Of a stretch of DNA of 64,000 bases, positions 38,344-51,379 are shown piece after piece (within the stretch, counting starts at the first letter, position 1; every line of letters starts with the position of its first letter). A model generated the notes under the pieces. It worked only from the letters and a program-made list of their open reading frames with translations. It made no database searches and had not been told where the DNA came from. Position numbers and translations under genes: made by a program. The DNA is from Octopus vulgaris. Lineage: Eukaryota. The stretch lies in the NCBI GenBank assembly GCA_951406725.2, contig OX597814.1, forward strand, positions 160,828,001 to 160,892,000, given 5' to 3'.

Positions 38344-40099
38344 CATACACACACACAAAGATGCAATTATATATATATATTCACCAAAAGCCAACCACAT
38401 GAGAATAGCCATTGAAAAAGTGATAATGCTGGCAATGCCCCAGCATGACCACAGCTTTTGGGCTGAAATGCATAAAAGAATATATGTTTGCCTGTACACA
38501 CACACTTTCTTAAAGTGCCATGCAGTGGAACTGAACCTCAGACTACAGCACATAATGCCTCACTCTGACAGAACCACCTTGAAAAGAGGTGATCGGTAGA
38601 TTCAGCAGAATATTAAATGGCTGAATGGTTAAGTTTACTTTGCAGTCATAAGGGTCCATTTTCAATCCCACTGTCTTTAACCATAGCCTCCGTACGACCT
38701 AAGCTGAGTAAAATTGGAGAGACAGAAACTGTGTCAAAGCCCATCAGATGCAACTATAATTTAAAGGTCCAGCCTTGTCACATCAAGTCAGGCTATTTCT
38801 GCCTGAGAATGACACTAAGGGAACATGTGCTTATGGGATATTCAACCACTTACATGTTAATTCAATGAGTAAGTAACCCACCTGATCAAACAACTGACTA
38901 GTCACCAGTGAAACTGACAAAGATCCATTAGATACATAAACCTTTATAATTTTTGTTTAATATTTCTTAAGCCTGTATTTATTCTATCAATCTTTTTTTT
39001 ACCAAATTGCTAAGTTGCAAGGATGTAAACAAACCAACACCAGTTGTCAAATGGTGATGGGGAAACAAATACATACACATATATACATATACATGCTTTC
39101 AGTTTCTGTCTACCAAATCTATTCACAAGGATTTGATCAGCCCAAGGCTATAGAAGAAGATACTTGCCCAAGGTGCCACAGAGTGGGACAGAACCAAGAA
39201 CCACACACACACACACTTGCATAAATACATATATACACACAAACATATTTGAGAAAAGCACATGCATGAGAACTTATCTGTTATGCAAACATCACCTACT
39301 GTACTCTTGAGTGTCATCTTCATACATCTCTGATATGACTTTTGAGCCTATGGGCAAGTATGATCACACCTTTTTTATAGACTGAACAGGAAACATGATT
39401 ATTGGAAAAACGGGAAGACGCAGAAAGAGGAATGAATGTAAAAGGAAGGGTGAAGAGAGAGGAGGAGGAGGAGGAGGAGAAGAAGGGAAAGACTTCAGCT
39501 TGAGTCTTTTTTGGCTGCTTATCATTATCTTGATGCTTATGTTAATGACTAAATGATATCCGAAACATACACACTCACACAAACTCACTCTGCATAAATC
39601 AGAGCTTTGATAAATCTCTACCATCTGGAATACTGATATCATTGCCATAGTAATAAGCTGTGCATTTGATAAATTCATGAACTATGTTTAAATCGTCATC
39701 ATCATCATCATCATCGTCATTGCTCTTACATCCTATTTTTTTCCTCCCACTTCTACGTGGATTAGAGTGAGTTTGTAATGCAGTGATTCACTAAACATCT
39801 CAATACAAACACATGGAGCATTAATATACCTTGACGATGTACAAAGGACCTGTTACATGCTCAATTTGCTAGAAATAGCAATCAAATCTTTTTCAAACCA
39901 CACCTTACCATCATAAACATGGAAGGACACATTAAATTATGAAGTCCTATATGCACTATGTCTGAAAAATATTTGATGGTCATGACTAGAATACTTTTTA
40001 GCATAGGTCTGCTCAGTTAGGCCGGAGCTGAGAATAAACAATACGTCCTTTTGAAATATTTAATGGTAATTTCTAGCTACTTAAACATGTGGGATCTGT

Positions 40100-40560
40100 A
40101 TCTTCTCTTGGGATTCCATGGTGAAACCCATACATATAACTGCTAAAACTGAATCACAAAGAACAAGAATTCTTGTTTGGAACCAGCAAATACTTTACTT
40201 CTAATCAGTTGTGTCACCTTCTACAAAACTCAAGTAAAACCCACACCAGAGTACTTCTCACATCTACAGAACATTTTCATTGCTGCTACACACACTAACA
40301 TCCAAGCTCACAACCAAAAGTAGCCATCAACTGATCAGCAATGATCAACTCACATCCTTCCTTCTCCCTGCTTCTTCAAACTGCACCATTGAACTAGCAA
40401 ATTGCATGCCCTCTCCACTGGAATTATATTTACTGTGTCTTGTCTTCCAAACCTCATACTAAACATTTTAATCCTTCTTCCCCAGAACTCCTTTATTGTT
40501 CCAGTTTTGCCTCCAGACATCAACCTACAGAGATGTTCTCACAAATATTGGACAACCTGC
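40100..40560 (+). pseudogene. Degenerate CR1/L2-group (Daphne/Crack-like) LINE ORF2 3' fragment
   Basis: Frameshifted remnants FYKTQVKPTPEYFSH ... QLISNDQLTS ... ELANCMPSPL resemble the LYKxQVRPxxEYCSH ... ELAxCMP motif series. Confidence 0.6.
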
Positions 40561-42119
40561 AAAATGTCATGGGCACTGCCCCACCTTTTCTGACTATCTC
40601 CTCTCTCCTCTTTTTTAAACGTCCATTGTCCAGAGCTAGCAAGCTGGAGAGCTGCACCAGGCTCCAATCTGATCTGTCAAGGTTTCTACAACTGGAAGCC
40701 CTTCTTAACACCAACCAGTTTACAGAGCGCGCTAGGTGCTTTTAGATAGCACTGCATAAGCACTTTTACATGGTACCAGCACAAGTGCTTTTTTTCATAG
40801 CAGCAGTACTGGACTCTTGCAGGACAAGTCACTCATCTACAATTAACTCGCTCTGGACAAATATTTACTTGAACATAAGGTTGAAATCTTAAGCAATTTT
40901 TTTTTTCAGGTTCTTTAGTGCTAAGATAGGAAACAGTATACCACACTTAGTATACTTATCTATTGAAAGTCACATTTTCTATAGACTGCACCAGCAGAGG
41001 CTAAAAAGTCCCCTTTTCAATTTACTTAATCTGCTAGTATATATTCTAATGATTCCAACAAGATAAAAGGCAAAACTGACAAGAGAACATGAACATCGGA
41101 ACCACAGCTACAAACTTGTTAATGACAAAAATCAATTATGATACCCTTATGTTTGCACCAAACTACACCACTCTCTAATTAAAATAGCCACACTGTGATA
41201 TCAACCTATCTAAGAAAAAAACTGTTGTTGTTGTTTAACACCAAATAAGTCCTGTTTCAGCAAACCTCAGATCAAACGGTATTTCAAACATAACCAGACC
41301 ATATAACCAGAAAATTATCTTATGCATCCTTCCCTTTTTATAAGGATTTCAAAAAGATTTAGTTGCTTCTTTTTTCTAGCAGGTTAAGAAACCTCGTATG
41401 AGTATTTTTGTCAGTTTGTGTCTGAGAAAAATATGTTGCATTTCCAATTATTTCCAATTACATCACCATCATCCTTTAATGTCCATTTTCCATGCTGGCA
41501 CCTTCTCTAGAAAGTATGGAACTTAACATTCTCAGGAGTTGGTTAAACGGAATTTAAAATGTTTGTGTTTTCCCAACCTAATTCAGCTAGGGGGTTGAAC
41601 ATTACATTATTAAGGAAGCCAACAGGGGGAAAGTAGAACAGAGTGCACAAGCAGCTCACATAAAACTTCTCCCCACTGCCTTGCACTAATTACAAATATA
41701 GACAAATAGACAAATCGGCTAAGAACTCCCAACAAAGTATCCTAACCAGCTAAAAATGGCAGCAAAAATTCCCTCATATTTCTCTCTCTTAAAAAAAAAA
41801 AGTAAGAATTCATTGAATAATGTAGCCCAAGGTACACCGTATCCAAACAAGACAATAAAGCCACTTTGGGAATACTTTTGATTAAGCCTGCTTGATCAGG
41901 GCAAAGCTGGTACTCAACAACAACCATAGACAAATACATTTATGTACAAATACACACATTATATATGCATACATATGTATATACATATAACTACACACAC
42001 ACACGACTATACATGCAAATGTACATACAAATATGAATATACATGTATAGTAATAAAGACACACCTACATATATATGTATCTATACACCATTATGTACAT
42101 GGAAGTATGTGTGTCTGCC

Positions 42120-42155
<36 letters not shown>

Positions 42156-42870
42156 CATACATACATACACACACACAATGTGATGGTGTGTATCGGATGA
42201 ATTTGCATGTGACTTCCACTCCAGCCAGAGAGTGGTGGAGATAAGTGCAAACGGTTTCATAATATAATAGATGCATTTGAAAACAAATACAACTACACAC
42301 CCATATAAGTGTACATAATTATGTCATACACAAATATTTATGTATACATATATCCACCTCCCTCTCTTTTGCGTGCGGTATTTTATGTGTGCGTGCTCAA
42401 TACACACACGCACACACACATATATATACACAATAATATAAATATATACATCTTTCTATATGAATTTTTGTAGGACTATGTGCACATATATATACACACA
42501 CACACGTATGCGTATATATGTATATATTTACACAGCAAAATATATACATCGCTCTATGTATTTTAGTAGGCTTATGTGCACATATATATATATATATACA
42601 CAAACGTGTGTGTATGTATATGTATATATATATATACATACACAAACACACAGCAAACACATACACTTATAAATATAATAAAGCACAATTTATGAAAAAA
42701 TGTATGTAATTAGTAAATAACAAGAACGATTAAAACAAGTCGATAAGGGAGCCTCTACGAAGTCATTAAACCTGGTAATAGCAGCCAAAACGTCCTCAAA
42801 TCACATCCTATCATCTTAAAAGGTCAAAATTGGGCAACGTATACTATATATATATATACATATTTGTGTA

Positions 42871-42947
<77 letters not shown>

Positions 42948-45434
42948 TGTGTGTGTGACTACAAGTCAAACGAAGCCAACTACTAGCAAAACTTCGAAGT
43001 TACACAAAATTATTACACTTGTCTGTTTTACATCTTCAATTAAACCTCAGTCCTCAGACGTGGGGGGAAAATGTATTTTAACCACACACACACACACATT
43101 CCCTTAAAATACACCTTAAAAAGAAAGAACATAAGCAATGTTTAGTCAATATTTAAAAAGATATGATGGTCACAGCTGAAACGCCTTCCTTTGATCAACA
43201 TGGCTATGACGAGTCAACGAAGGATTTTTTTCGGCATTTATTTCTACTATAAGAAAAAGCAGCCAAATCGCCCTAAAATCTCACACTAATGTCGTTTTAA
43301 AAAAGGAAGGGAACATAAGTGAATGAAAACCTAGATACATGATTTGTAAAAAAAAAAAGAGAGAGAGAGAGATGGTCACGGTTGGAATGTTCTTTGATCA
43401 GAGATTTGTTTGATCAGGGACACTATAGGGTTGAACAAAAATACACACATACACACGGACGGACGTATATACGAATGCATGAAGTAAATACACATACATT
43501 ATGTATATTAATTTAGTATTCATGCTTTGAAGAAGATTTCACGATGATGGCATGGGTTGGACGAGTCTGCAGTACAGCATCTCTCACAACATGCGTCATG
43601 GCCTGACTTAATTACTTATCGAGTCTATCTGGGTCTGACACTGATGTAGTTGTGTGTTGAACACTGCATTATAGGATACAATTTATGTTTAAACATTCTT
43701 CGATAATCCATGCATATACCTCAGCTCGTATAACGTTCAACCGGTAATTTTGTATCGTAAGATGTATGGCAAAAATATGCGTATATATATATATATATAT
43801 ATCCGAACGTAATGTAATGTTGCTGATTAAGCCCCAGGTTAGCGCGAATTAAACAGATATACGATCAAAAGTATTCCACGCATGGCCATCCAGCTCTTTT
43901 ACTCAAACTACATTAATCTGTTTTTAAAACAGCAGGGATTCATTTGAGGTAGATTTCGCGACTGTTTTTAGTAAGTCAAGCGACCAGGCTCCCTCCTTGG
44001 CTCGAACATAAAGTGTGTAAACACACGCACACACACAATAACATTCACATGATCAAATACATCTACATGTAAATAAGGATTGTTGACGTTTAGCCCCAGG
44101 TCAACCCGGATCGAGCAGAACCATGATTAAAGGCATTCCAGCTGTGACCATCCTATTATCTGTATCCTTCCTTTTTTTTCTTTTTTTGTAGGATGGTAGG
44201 GTGTAATCTAAGAGAAATTGGCTGATATTTGTAGCAACATGAACAACTGCATAAACAGACATACGTCTCATTAATTTTTGTACTTCATTTGTCGGTAGAA
44301 AATTATTTGAAATACAAATTTTAGAAAATACAAGGGAAGAACGATGCCATGCATGTTTTCTGTTGGATTATCTAAACAAGAAACAATTTCGTTTTTTTAC
44401 AAAATAAAAGATATCATCTTCACTAACAGATACCTCCTTTATCAGTCGAACACTTAATTATTAATGTCAGGATATATAATTTATGTAATTTTAAGGAGAG
44501 GTTTGTTTTCTTTGTTTTGGAAGAGCGGGAGGGGGGTTGCATTTTTGGCGGGGTGGGTAAATTGCTCAAATTCATTTAAATTCAGTACACCATCACCAAT
44601 AATTGTTATTCAAAAAAAGATACGAGGGTGAGGGACAGTATATGATTAGATCTGATAACAGAAAATATGCCAAAAACATATGTATGTCTTAATTTTGACC
44701 AGTATAGTCGCAGACTCTCGCTTCTCATTTTATGTGTAGGTGCTTTGTTACTACTTTAGTTTTTGTTGTTTCTTGTTCACCAAGTCTTTACGAAATATCG
44801 GCGGTGGTGGGGGGGAAGGAAACAAAATAAAGAACACATAAAACCGATTCTTATATCATAATGCATATGTCAAGACAAAAGATTTTGCAAGGATAGAGTA
44901 TAACATGTTTTAACAAGATAGGTTGGTTCTCACTTTAATCTGGCTCTAAACTTGAACCCTCTATATGTATATTATATTACGTGTGTGCGTGTGTGACAGA
45001 GAGAGAAAGACTTTCTGCTAGCTAAATGTGTCTAGCTGCAGCAGAATCACCTCCGTTAAAGGGAACCCTGTTTATCATACACAATTTGATATGGGAATAA
45101 CTTTTTTTTTTTAAATATATACAAAATTTTTTTAATGATTGATATTATACAGGGGAATAAAACGGATGACAGGATAATTTTAGATTACTTTTGCTTCTTT
45201 AAAAAAAATCTAACTACAAAGAATTTAACATGTAAGTTTTCTTTAGGGATAAATTTCTTTTGACTCGACAAAATTTGTGGAGGAAAGAATAACGCCGACT
45301 GCAATACTCGGTTATTACTGGTACTTATTTTTATATTGTCCGTCTTGGAGGAGAGAGATGGAAGACCAAGTCTATCTACTATAATAATTTAATAAGCATA
45401 ATTAATCAAAACAGCCTCTAGTTCTTTCACTTAC

Positions 45435-45655
45435 CTATGTTGATGGTCATCAGTGAATCGGTGAGATGTTTTCACGTTAAGTAGATCCTCATTCGCAATA
45501 AGATAGTATTTTAGTCACCAGCTACTAATGTATTTACTTAAGATACTGTTTTTCCTGTTCGTGTAAAAGCGGTGATAACCCTTTACCACTTCTCGTTAGC
45601 ATCCAACAGACTTTCCAACTGCTGCTAGCTCGGGACCGAATTGAGTGCATAAACT
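45435..45655 (-). other. Candidate first exon of a long minus-strand transcript (5' UTR or lncRNA)
   Basis: Unique CpG-containing sequence ending in the consensus donor TAG|GTAAGT (45435/45434); only short ATG-initiated ORFs. Confidence 0.65.
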
Positions 45656-45686
45656 AATGATGTCATCAGTCTGTGTGTTTATATAT
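45650..45686 (-). promoter_or_regulatory. TATA-Inr core promoter with CRE-like palindrome
   Basis: Minus TATATAAA at 45685-45678, Inr-like TTAGTT with A at 45655 (30 nt downstream), ATGATGTCAT at 45657-45666. Confidence 0.55.
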
Positions 45687-45775
45687 GCCATGTGCCGTTA
45701 TGGCATTTTTGAAAGATTTTTTCCATTTCTAATTTACATTGGACTCTTTTTTTAAATATAACTGACAAAAGAGGT

Positions 45776-46222
45776 ACCTTATTTATTGAATATAAATATT
45801 ATTTTAATAACAATATCTTATTTAAATATATCGTCATTCATTTAAAAACAAAAGCAACAGAAATATATATTAAATATCTAGTTTTCGTTAATGCAAGCTA
45901 ATAATAATTTTGTAAATAAAAATATTCCTTGCTTTTTCTACAGCATATTAAGGTATTCTCGTGAATTTATATAAAATAATGTGTTTCTGTATATAAATAA
46001 CTATGAGATACTCTATTTATTGAATATAAATATTATAATAAACATCTTAAATTACAGCGTTGTGCATTTAAAAACAAGACAAAAATATATTAAATCTCTA
46101 GATTCCGTTAATGCAAGCTAATAATAATTTGATAAATGGAAATATTCCTAGCTTTTTCCAAAGTATATATTGAGGTATTCTCTTAGATTTATATAAATTC
46201 ATATATTTTCTGTATATAATTA
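45776..46222 (+). repeat. Diverged tandem duplication, ~235-bp period
   Basis: ATTTATTGAATATAAATATT at 45781 and 46016; shared CGTTAATGCAAGCTAATAATAATTT and TTTCTGTATATAA blocks. Confidence 0.9.
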
Positions 46223-46223
46223 T

Positions 46224-46350
46224 GTTGTGGGTAGTTTAGCGTTGAAAACACCGGTTTCCCGTCAGATTCGACGAAATTAAACGAAACTGGTATTTACATT
46301 AGGCAGCTGATGCTGGGAACCGTTTAAGTACGAATCAAGTGAAAAGCAAC
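46224..46350 (+). pseudogene. Degenerate 5S rRNA-derived sequence
   Basis: CGTTGAAAACACCGGTTTCCCGTCAGATTCGACGAAATTAAAC resembles mollusc 5S rRNA as recalled (CGTTGAAAACACCGGTTCTCGTCCGATCACCGAAGTTAAGC); 3' half strongly diverged. Confidence 0.6.
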
Positions 46351-46489
46351 TAATTAGTTCATTGAATGTTTCATATGGAATGTTAGCAGTGAAGCAAAGT
46401 CTGTATTTATGTTGCACATTTCGAGGAATCACACTCAGTTTGTTTCTCCTTTAATATCTATCTATAGGCTTGTCAGTTGCAGCGTTCAC

Positions 46490-46522
46490 TTTTATATACA
46501 TACTTACATACATATATCTATC

Positions 46523-46578
<56 letters not shown>

Positions 46579-46611
46579 TATGTATATGTGTGTGTGTGTG
46601 TATATATATAT

Positions 46612-46657
<46 letters not shown>

Positions 46658-46754
46658 ATATATATATGTATGTGTGTGTATATATATATGTATGTGTGTG
46701 TGTGTGTATATGTATATATGTATGTGTGTGTATGTATATATATATATATATATC

Positions 46755-46793
<39 letters not shown>

Positions 46794-46806
46794 GTGTGTG
46801 TATATA
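46490..46806. repeat. Compound (TA)n/(TG)n microsatellite
   Basis: Pure dinucleotide blocks; explains ORFs 46409-46919. Confidence 0.95.
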
Positions 46807-47439
46807 ACAAAATTACTGTCTTGCAACACACATCTAAAACAATGTTGATCGCTTTCCTGAAAATACAGTGTTCTTATCAACTATGTAAGATCTATTGTCG
46901 CATTGACTTAATATACTGATTATATACGCTATTTGCTGAATCGATTGGAAGAAAAAAGTTAACACACAAGCTATTCTACAAGTCACAGAACACTAATGTA
47001 CTCATTGAATATCACATGCATTGGCTTAATTACTTATTATTGTTTCCAATTATAACAAGACCACTTTGTTATTCTTCGGCAATTTGTATCTTTCGCCAAA
47101 ATACAATTCATATTCAATTAAATATATTTTACATCAAAAATAGTCTTCAGCATTTGAAAATTACTAAACCGATGTAATCCTTTATATTTTATTGAAAACT
47201 TTATTACAAGAGACATAGCGGCCTTGGAACTGAGTTCTATGGAAGAAAAATATACCTCATTAAATATGCTTAACCCTGACCCAATTTTAAGTAATAATAC
47301 CCACCCAAACTCCTACCTCGTTACCCACTCAGTGCTTATCAGTTGACAAAATAAAAACAGAAGTTGCGTGGCGTTGTTGCTGTTTCACTGGAAACTGATT
47401 TACTCTGTAGCGATGAAATTCTAGCAAGAATTAACAGGC

Positions 47440-47875
47440 AGTATTTCGAAAAGCTTGCCTCCCACCATGTGGTCGAGAGTTCGGTGCCACGCAGTGGCAC
47501 CATGGGGTAGCTGTCTTCTATAGTCCCAGGTCGACCGGCACCTTGTAAGTGGATTTAGTAGACAGAAACTGAAAGAAACCCGTTGTTTATACATACATAC
47601 ATACATATATATATACATGTGTGTATATATATATATATGTATGTATGTCCATATGGGTACATCTTTTGCGTTTATGTTTGTCTCCTACCACCGCTTGTCA
47701 ACCAGTGTTGGTTTGTTTACGTCCCTGTAACTCAGCGGTTCGCAAAAGAAATAAGTACCATGCTTTAAAAAAAACTAAATAAGAACTGGTGTCGATTTAT
47801 TCGACTAAAAGCTCATAAGACGATCCTCCAGCATGGTCGGAATCCAATAACTGAAACATGTAAGAGAAACGATAA
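47440..47875 (+). mobile_element. tRNA-derived CORE-like SINE, CpG-retaining copy
   Basis: Same family as 10508-10890, with CpGs preserved. Confidence 0.8.
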
Positions 47876-49698
47876 AAGATTTTTAAAATGAGGTAGAAAA
47901 TAAATTTTAAAAAAATAGAATGAAGTGTTAGATTGAGCCAAGTGAATAGTTAGACAGGGAAATTAGTACAGATGTAACTTGATGAATTAGAAGAATATTA
48001 GAGGGTGAAGTGAATGACGGTTATGTCAGCTGGAGGATGACATACAACCCACAATGACTGTTCTTGGTCTAGCCTGATCTTTATGTTTAATGTCGTTCTT
48101 TTAAATATTTATGTTTGAACTAGAATTGCATCATGTTAAAAGTGAACTAAATGGGAAAGGAGAAAGATTGGCTACTTGAAAGGAATATACAGTATACAAT
48201 GGCATGAGTAGGTGATTGAGAAGTTTGCTTTGCAATCACTTGATACCAAGTTCAATCCTAGTGCTCAACACCTTGGGTGTCTTTTACCATAACTTTAGGT
48301 TGATTCAAGCTTTCTAAAACAAGTTGAGCAGATTGAAAATGTGGAGAAACATGTTAGATATACTTTACCTTCTTTTGGCTTGTAAATTTAATTCATTACT
48401 CAGCTTAACGCTGCCCATAATCTTTTGGAGACTTTTACAGAGGCCATTCTGTTACAAGCATTCAGACCAGATTTAAGGATAACCTTCCTTCCTCTCACCA
48501 GTCTAACAGCCATTGCAGAATATAATAGCTGCTACCCTTCTTGCTGATTAAGTTATAAAACAGATGTTGGAATGTATTGAGATTATCATTGATATGATCA
48601 GGGTGTGTACTAGAAAAATATTCGTTCAGTTATTTGTAGACACAAGATAGGATTATTGATGGAAATTACTTATCACTAGTGTTTCCTGCCACATGATAGG
48701 ACATATTTAACATAGAAATAACAGAAACATAGCCCAACCTGATCATAACATCCTTTATAATTCCTATTGCTCTAAATCCACCACTAGTGCTTGTATGTAT
48801 TTCAAAATAATATCATTAGTTACCAATTGTAGTTTTCAAATCTGATATAAATGCCTTATTGTGTTGCTACACTCATTTAATTGAAAGCATTGATTCACTA
48901 TCAGTCTGGAATTCCATTTGCCTATTTTAAAGATATTATTAGTAACATTAGCTTTATACTTGGGTTTCTGTCTACTGCTCTCCAACAGACTGAATTAAAT
49001 ATCCCAAGTTTAGACTAATAATATTCATATCATATATAATGGAGTTAATCCTCTAATGCATCTCTTTGAATCACATGCCATTTATAGACATGCCCATGTG
49101 ATAAAGAACTTTTTTTTGCAACTATATGGTTTCAGGTTCTATCCCACTGCACTGCACTTTTAGCAAATAGCTTCTATAGCCTTATGTTGAACAAAACTTT
49201 GTAAATGAAATTTGATTGATGTCAAGTGTGCAAATAGTCATTAGAGCAACTATTTCTGTTCTTTGGTGGTGGTGCTGCTGCTGGTGCTGGTGGAATTTGT
49301 CACCCAGTTTAACACTCTCACTGGCATTTGGGTTCCTTTAGCAGAGTTCATTCTGTTTCATGCATTTGGGATAGGTCTGCAGTTTGAAAAGAATATGTTT
49401 TAAATATGACATATATAATGAAGATATTCTCACTTGTAATAATTAACCAAACTGATTTAGTTAAATTAAATTTGATTGATTTTATACAATGAGTGATGAA
49501 TTGAAACAATTGTAGGTTTTGTCAATGTATTAATAAATTTTTATTAATCTTATCTCTATCTTCTCTCTTGGTTTTTATGATATTAATAATATAGGTGTGT
49601 GCCTATATTATTTGGTATTCAACCAGTCTTTGGATATTTTTATCACTCCGAGGTTTATATCTTCCATTGTACTTTGATCTATATATATATATATATAT

Positions 49699-49769
49699 AA
49701 AACCATGCCAAAACTGACCTCGCCTGTATGTGGCACCAGCATAGGTGAGGTCAGTTTTGGCATGGTTTT
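49699..49769. repeat. Foldback hairpin of retroposon sequence (27-bp arms)
   Basis: AAAACCATGCCAAAACTGACCTCGCCT / AGGTGAGGTCAGTTTTGGCATGGTTTT; third direct copy at ~49789-49815. Confidence 0.9.
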
Positions 49770-50627
49770 TAATTTTTTTCCAGCTGTAAAAACCATGCCA
49801 AAACTGACCTCATCTGAACTGGTGCCAAGTAAAAAGCACTCAGCTAACTCTGCAAAGTAGCTGGTGCTAGGATGGGCATCCAGCTGTAAAAAAACCCATA
49901 CCAAAACAAACACAAGTATGGTGCAGGCTTCTGCCTGCCCAACTCTTGTAAAATTGTCTGACCCATTCCAGCATGGAAGGAAAATGCTAAACATTGATGA
50001 TGATGTGGTGGTGGTGGTGGTGGGCTGAATATATATATATATATATATTTAGCCCTTTAGTATTCAGATTTGTTTGTCAAATATAATGCTTATTTGTTCA
50101 CATTATTTTAAATTATTCATGCATTGTCTCATAACTTCAAGGTTCTTTATTTTAGAAAGACATTGCAGGGTAGGGGTGAGAGGCTGGATCTGGCTGCTTT
50201 GAACATAAAAAAGGTAGAATGTATGTGGGCAGATCTGGTCAGTTTGAATACTAAAGGGGTATATAGGGACTGGATCTTGAAGTACACATAAAGATATAAA
50301 TAATAGCAAAACAATGGGTTGAAAAACCCTTTTAGATAGAAAAATTTCAAGGCTGTCTGTGGGACTTGAACTCAAATTTCCTGTAGATAGGTGGTCTACC
50401 ATTGGACTAAAACAACCGTTTGAATTTCTTTATTCTTTCTAGTAATAATTGCCTGATGTCAGCAATCATTGTTATCATCATTTCACATCTGTTTCCAAGC
50501 TGGCACGGGTTGGACAATTTGACTAGAGCTGGCAAGCTGGAGGAATATGCCAAGTTCTGTTGCCTGTTTTAGCATGGTTTCTATGGCTGGCCGCACTTCA
50601 TAATACCAACCACCTTACAGAGTGTAC

Positions 50628-51017
50628 TCTCTTTTACTTGTTTCAGTCATTTGACTGCAGCCATACTGGAGCACCACTTTTAGTCGAGCAAATCGACCCA
50701 GGACTTATTCTTTGTAAGCCTAGTACTTACTTTATCAGTCTCTTTTGCCGAACCACTAAGTTACAGGGATATAAACACACCACCATCGATTATCAAGCGA
50801 TGTTGGGGGGACAAACACACACACAAACACATATATATACATATACATATTTACAACGGGCTTCTTTCAGTTTCCACCTACCAAATCCACTCACAAGGCT
50901 TTGGTCGGCCCAAGGCTATAGTAGAAGACACTTGCCCAAGGTGCCACACAGTGGGACTGAACCCGGAACCATGTGGTTGGTAAGCAAGCTACTTACCATA
51001 CAGCCACTCCTGTGCCT
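50628..51017 (-). mobile_element. Full-length CORE-like tRNA SINE nested in an older (GAT)n-tailed retroposon
   Basis: Complete head-to-tail family sequence; the host element resumes (GAGTGTACT ... GGGTGCTTTTT) on either side. Confidence 0.85.
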
Positions 51018-51379
51018 ATACTGGGTGCTTTTTTCATTGGCACCAGCACCAGTGGGATCGCCAAGTAACTTACAAGACAAGGTCCCCTAAACTGGAACGA
51101 GTAGTACTGCAGGAGGTGGCTTTGTACCAGTTGATAAGAGGTTAAAAGAATAATAATGGGATAGAAATATGTGCCGTGCAGTGGAAGAGATACATGGATA
51201 CTCCAGTTGGAGAAGATGAGAGAGAAAAGTAAAGATGAAGAGGGTGAAAGAGATGGTGGAGAATATGTATCAGGACATACCCCCAAGATACAGTGGGTTT
51301 TGAATATAGGTGAAATGATTCAGAGGATTGGACTAGGTTATTGGGCAATGGGGGACAGAGGTAAAGTTTCATAAGAATG

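Larger units (their letters stand above)
42300..47900. promoter_or_regulatory. CpG-retaining (putatively unmethylated) promoter domain
   Basis: CpGs are visibly frequent here, including inside repeat copies whose sisters elsewhere show TG/CA at the same positions (qualitative, not counted). Confidence 0.7.

Noticed and set aside
39589-39690. Possible minus-strand cassette exon ending AGA|GTGAGT
   Set aside because: The acceptor lacks a pyrimidine tract, the donor sits in (GT/GA)-like simple sequence, and there is no recognisable peptide.
50560-51090. Longest ORF in the track (176 aa) and its near-copy at 58373
   Set aside because: Antisense read-through of a high-copy SINE, not a gene.
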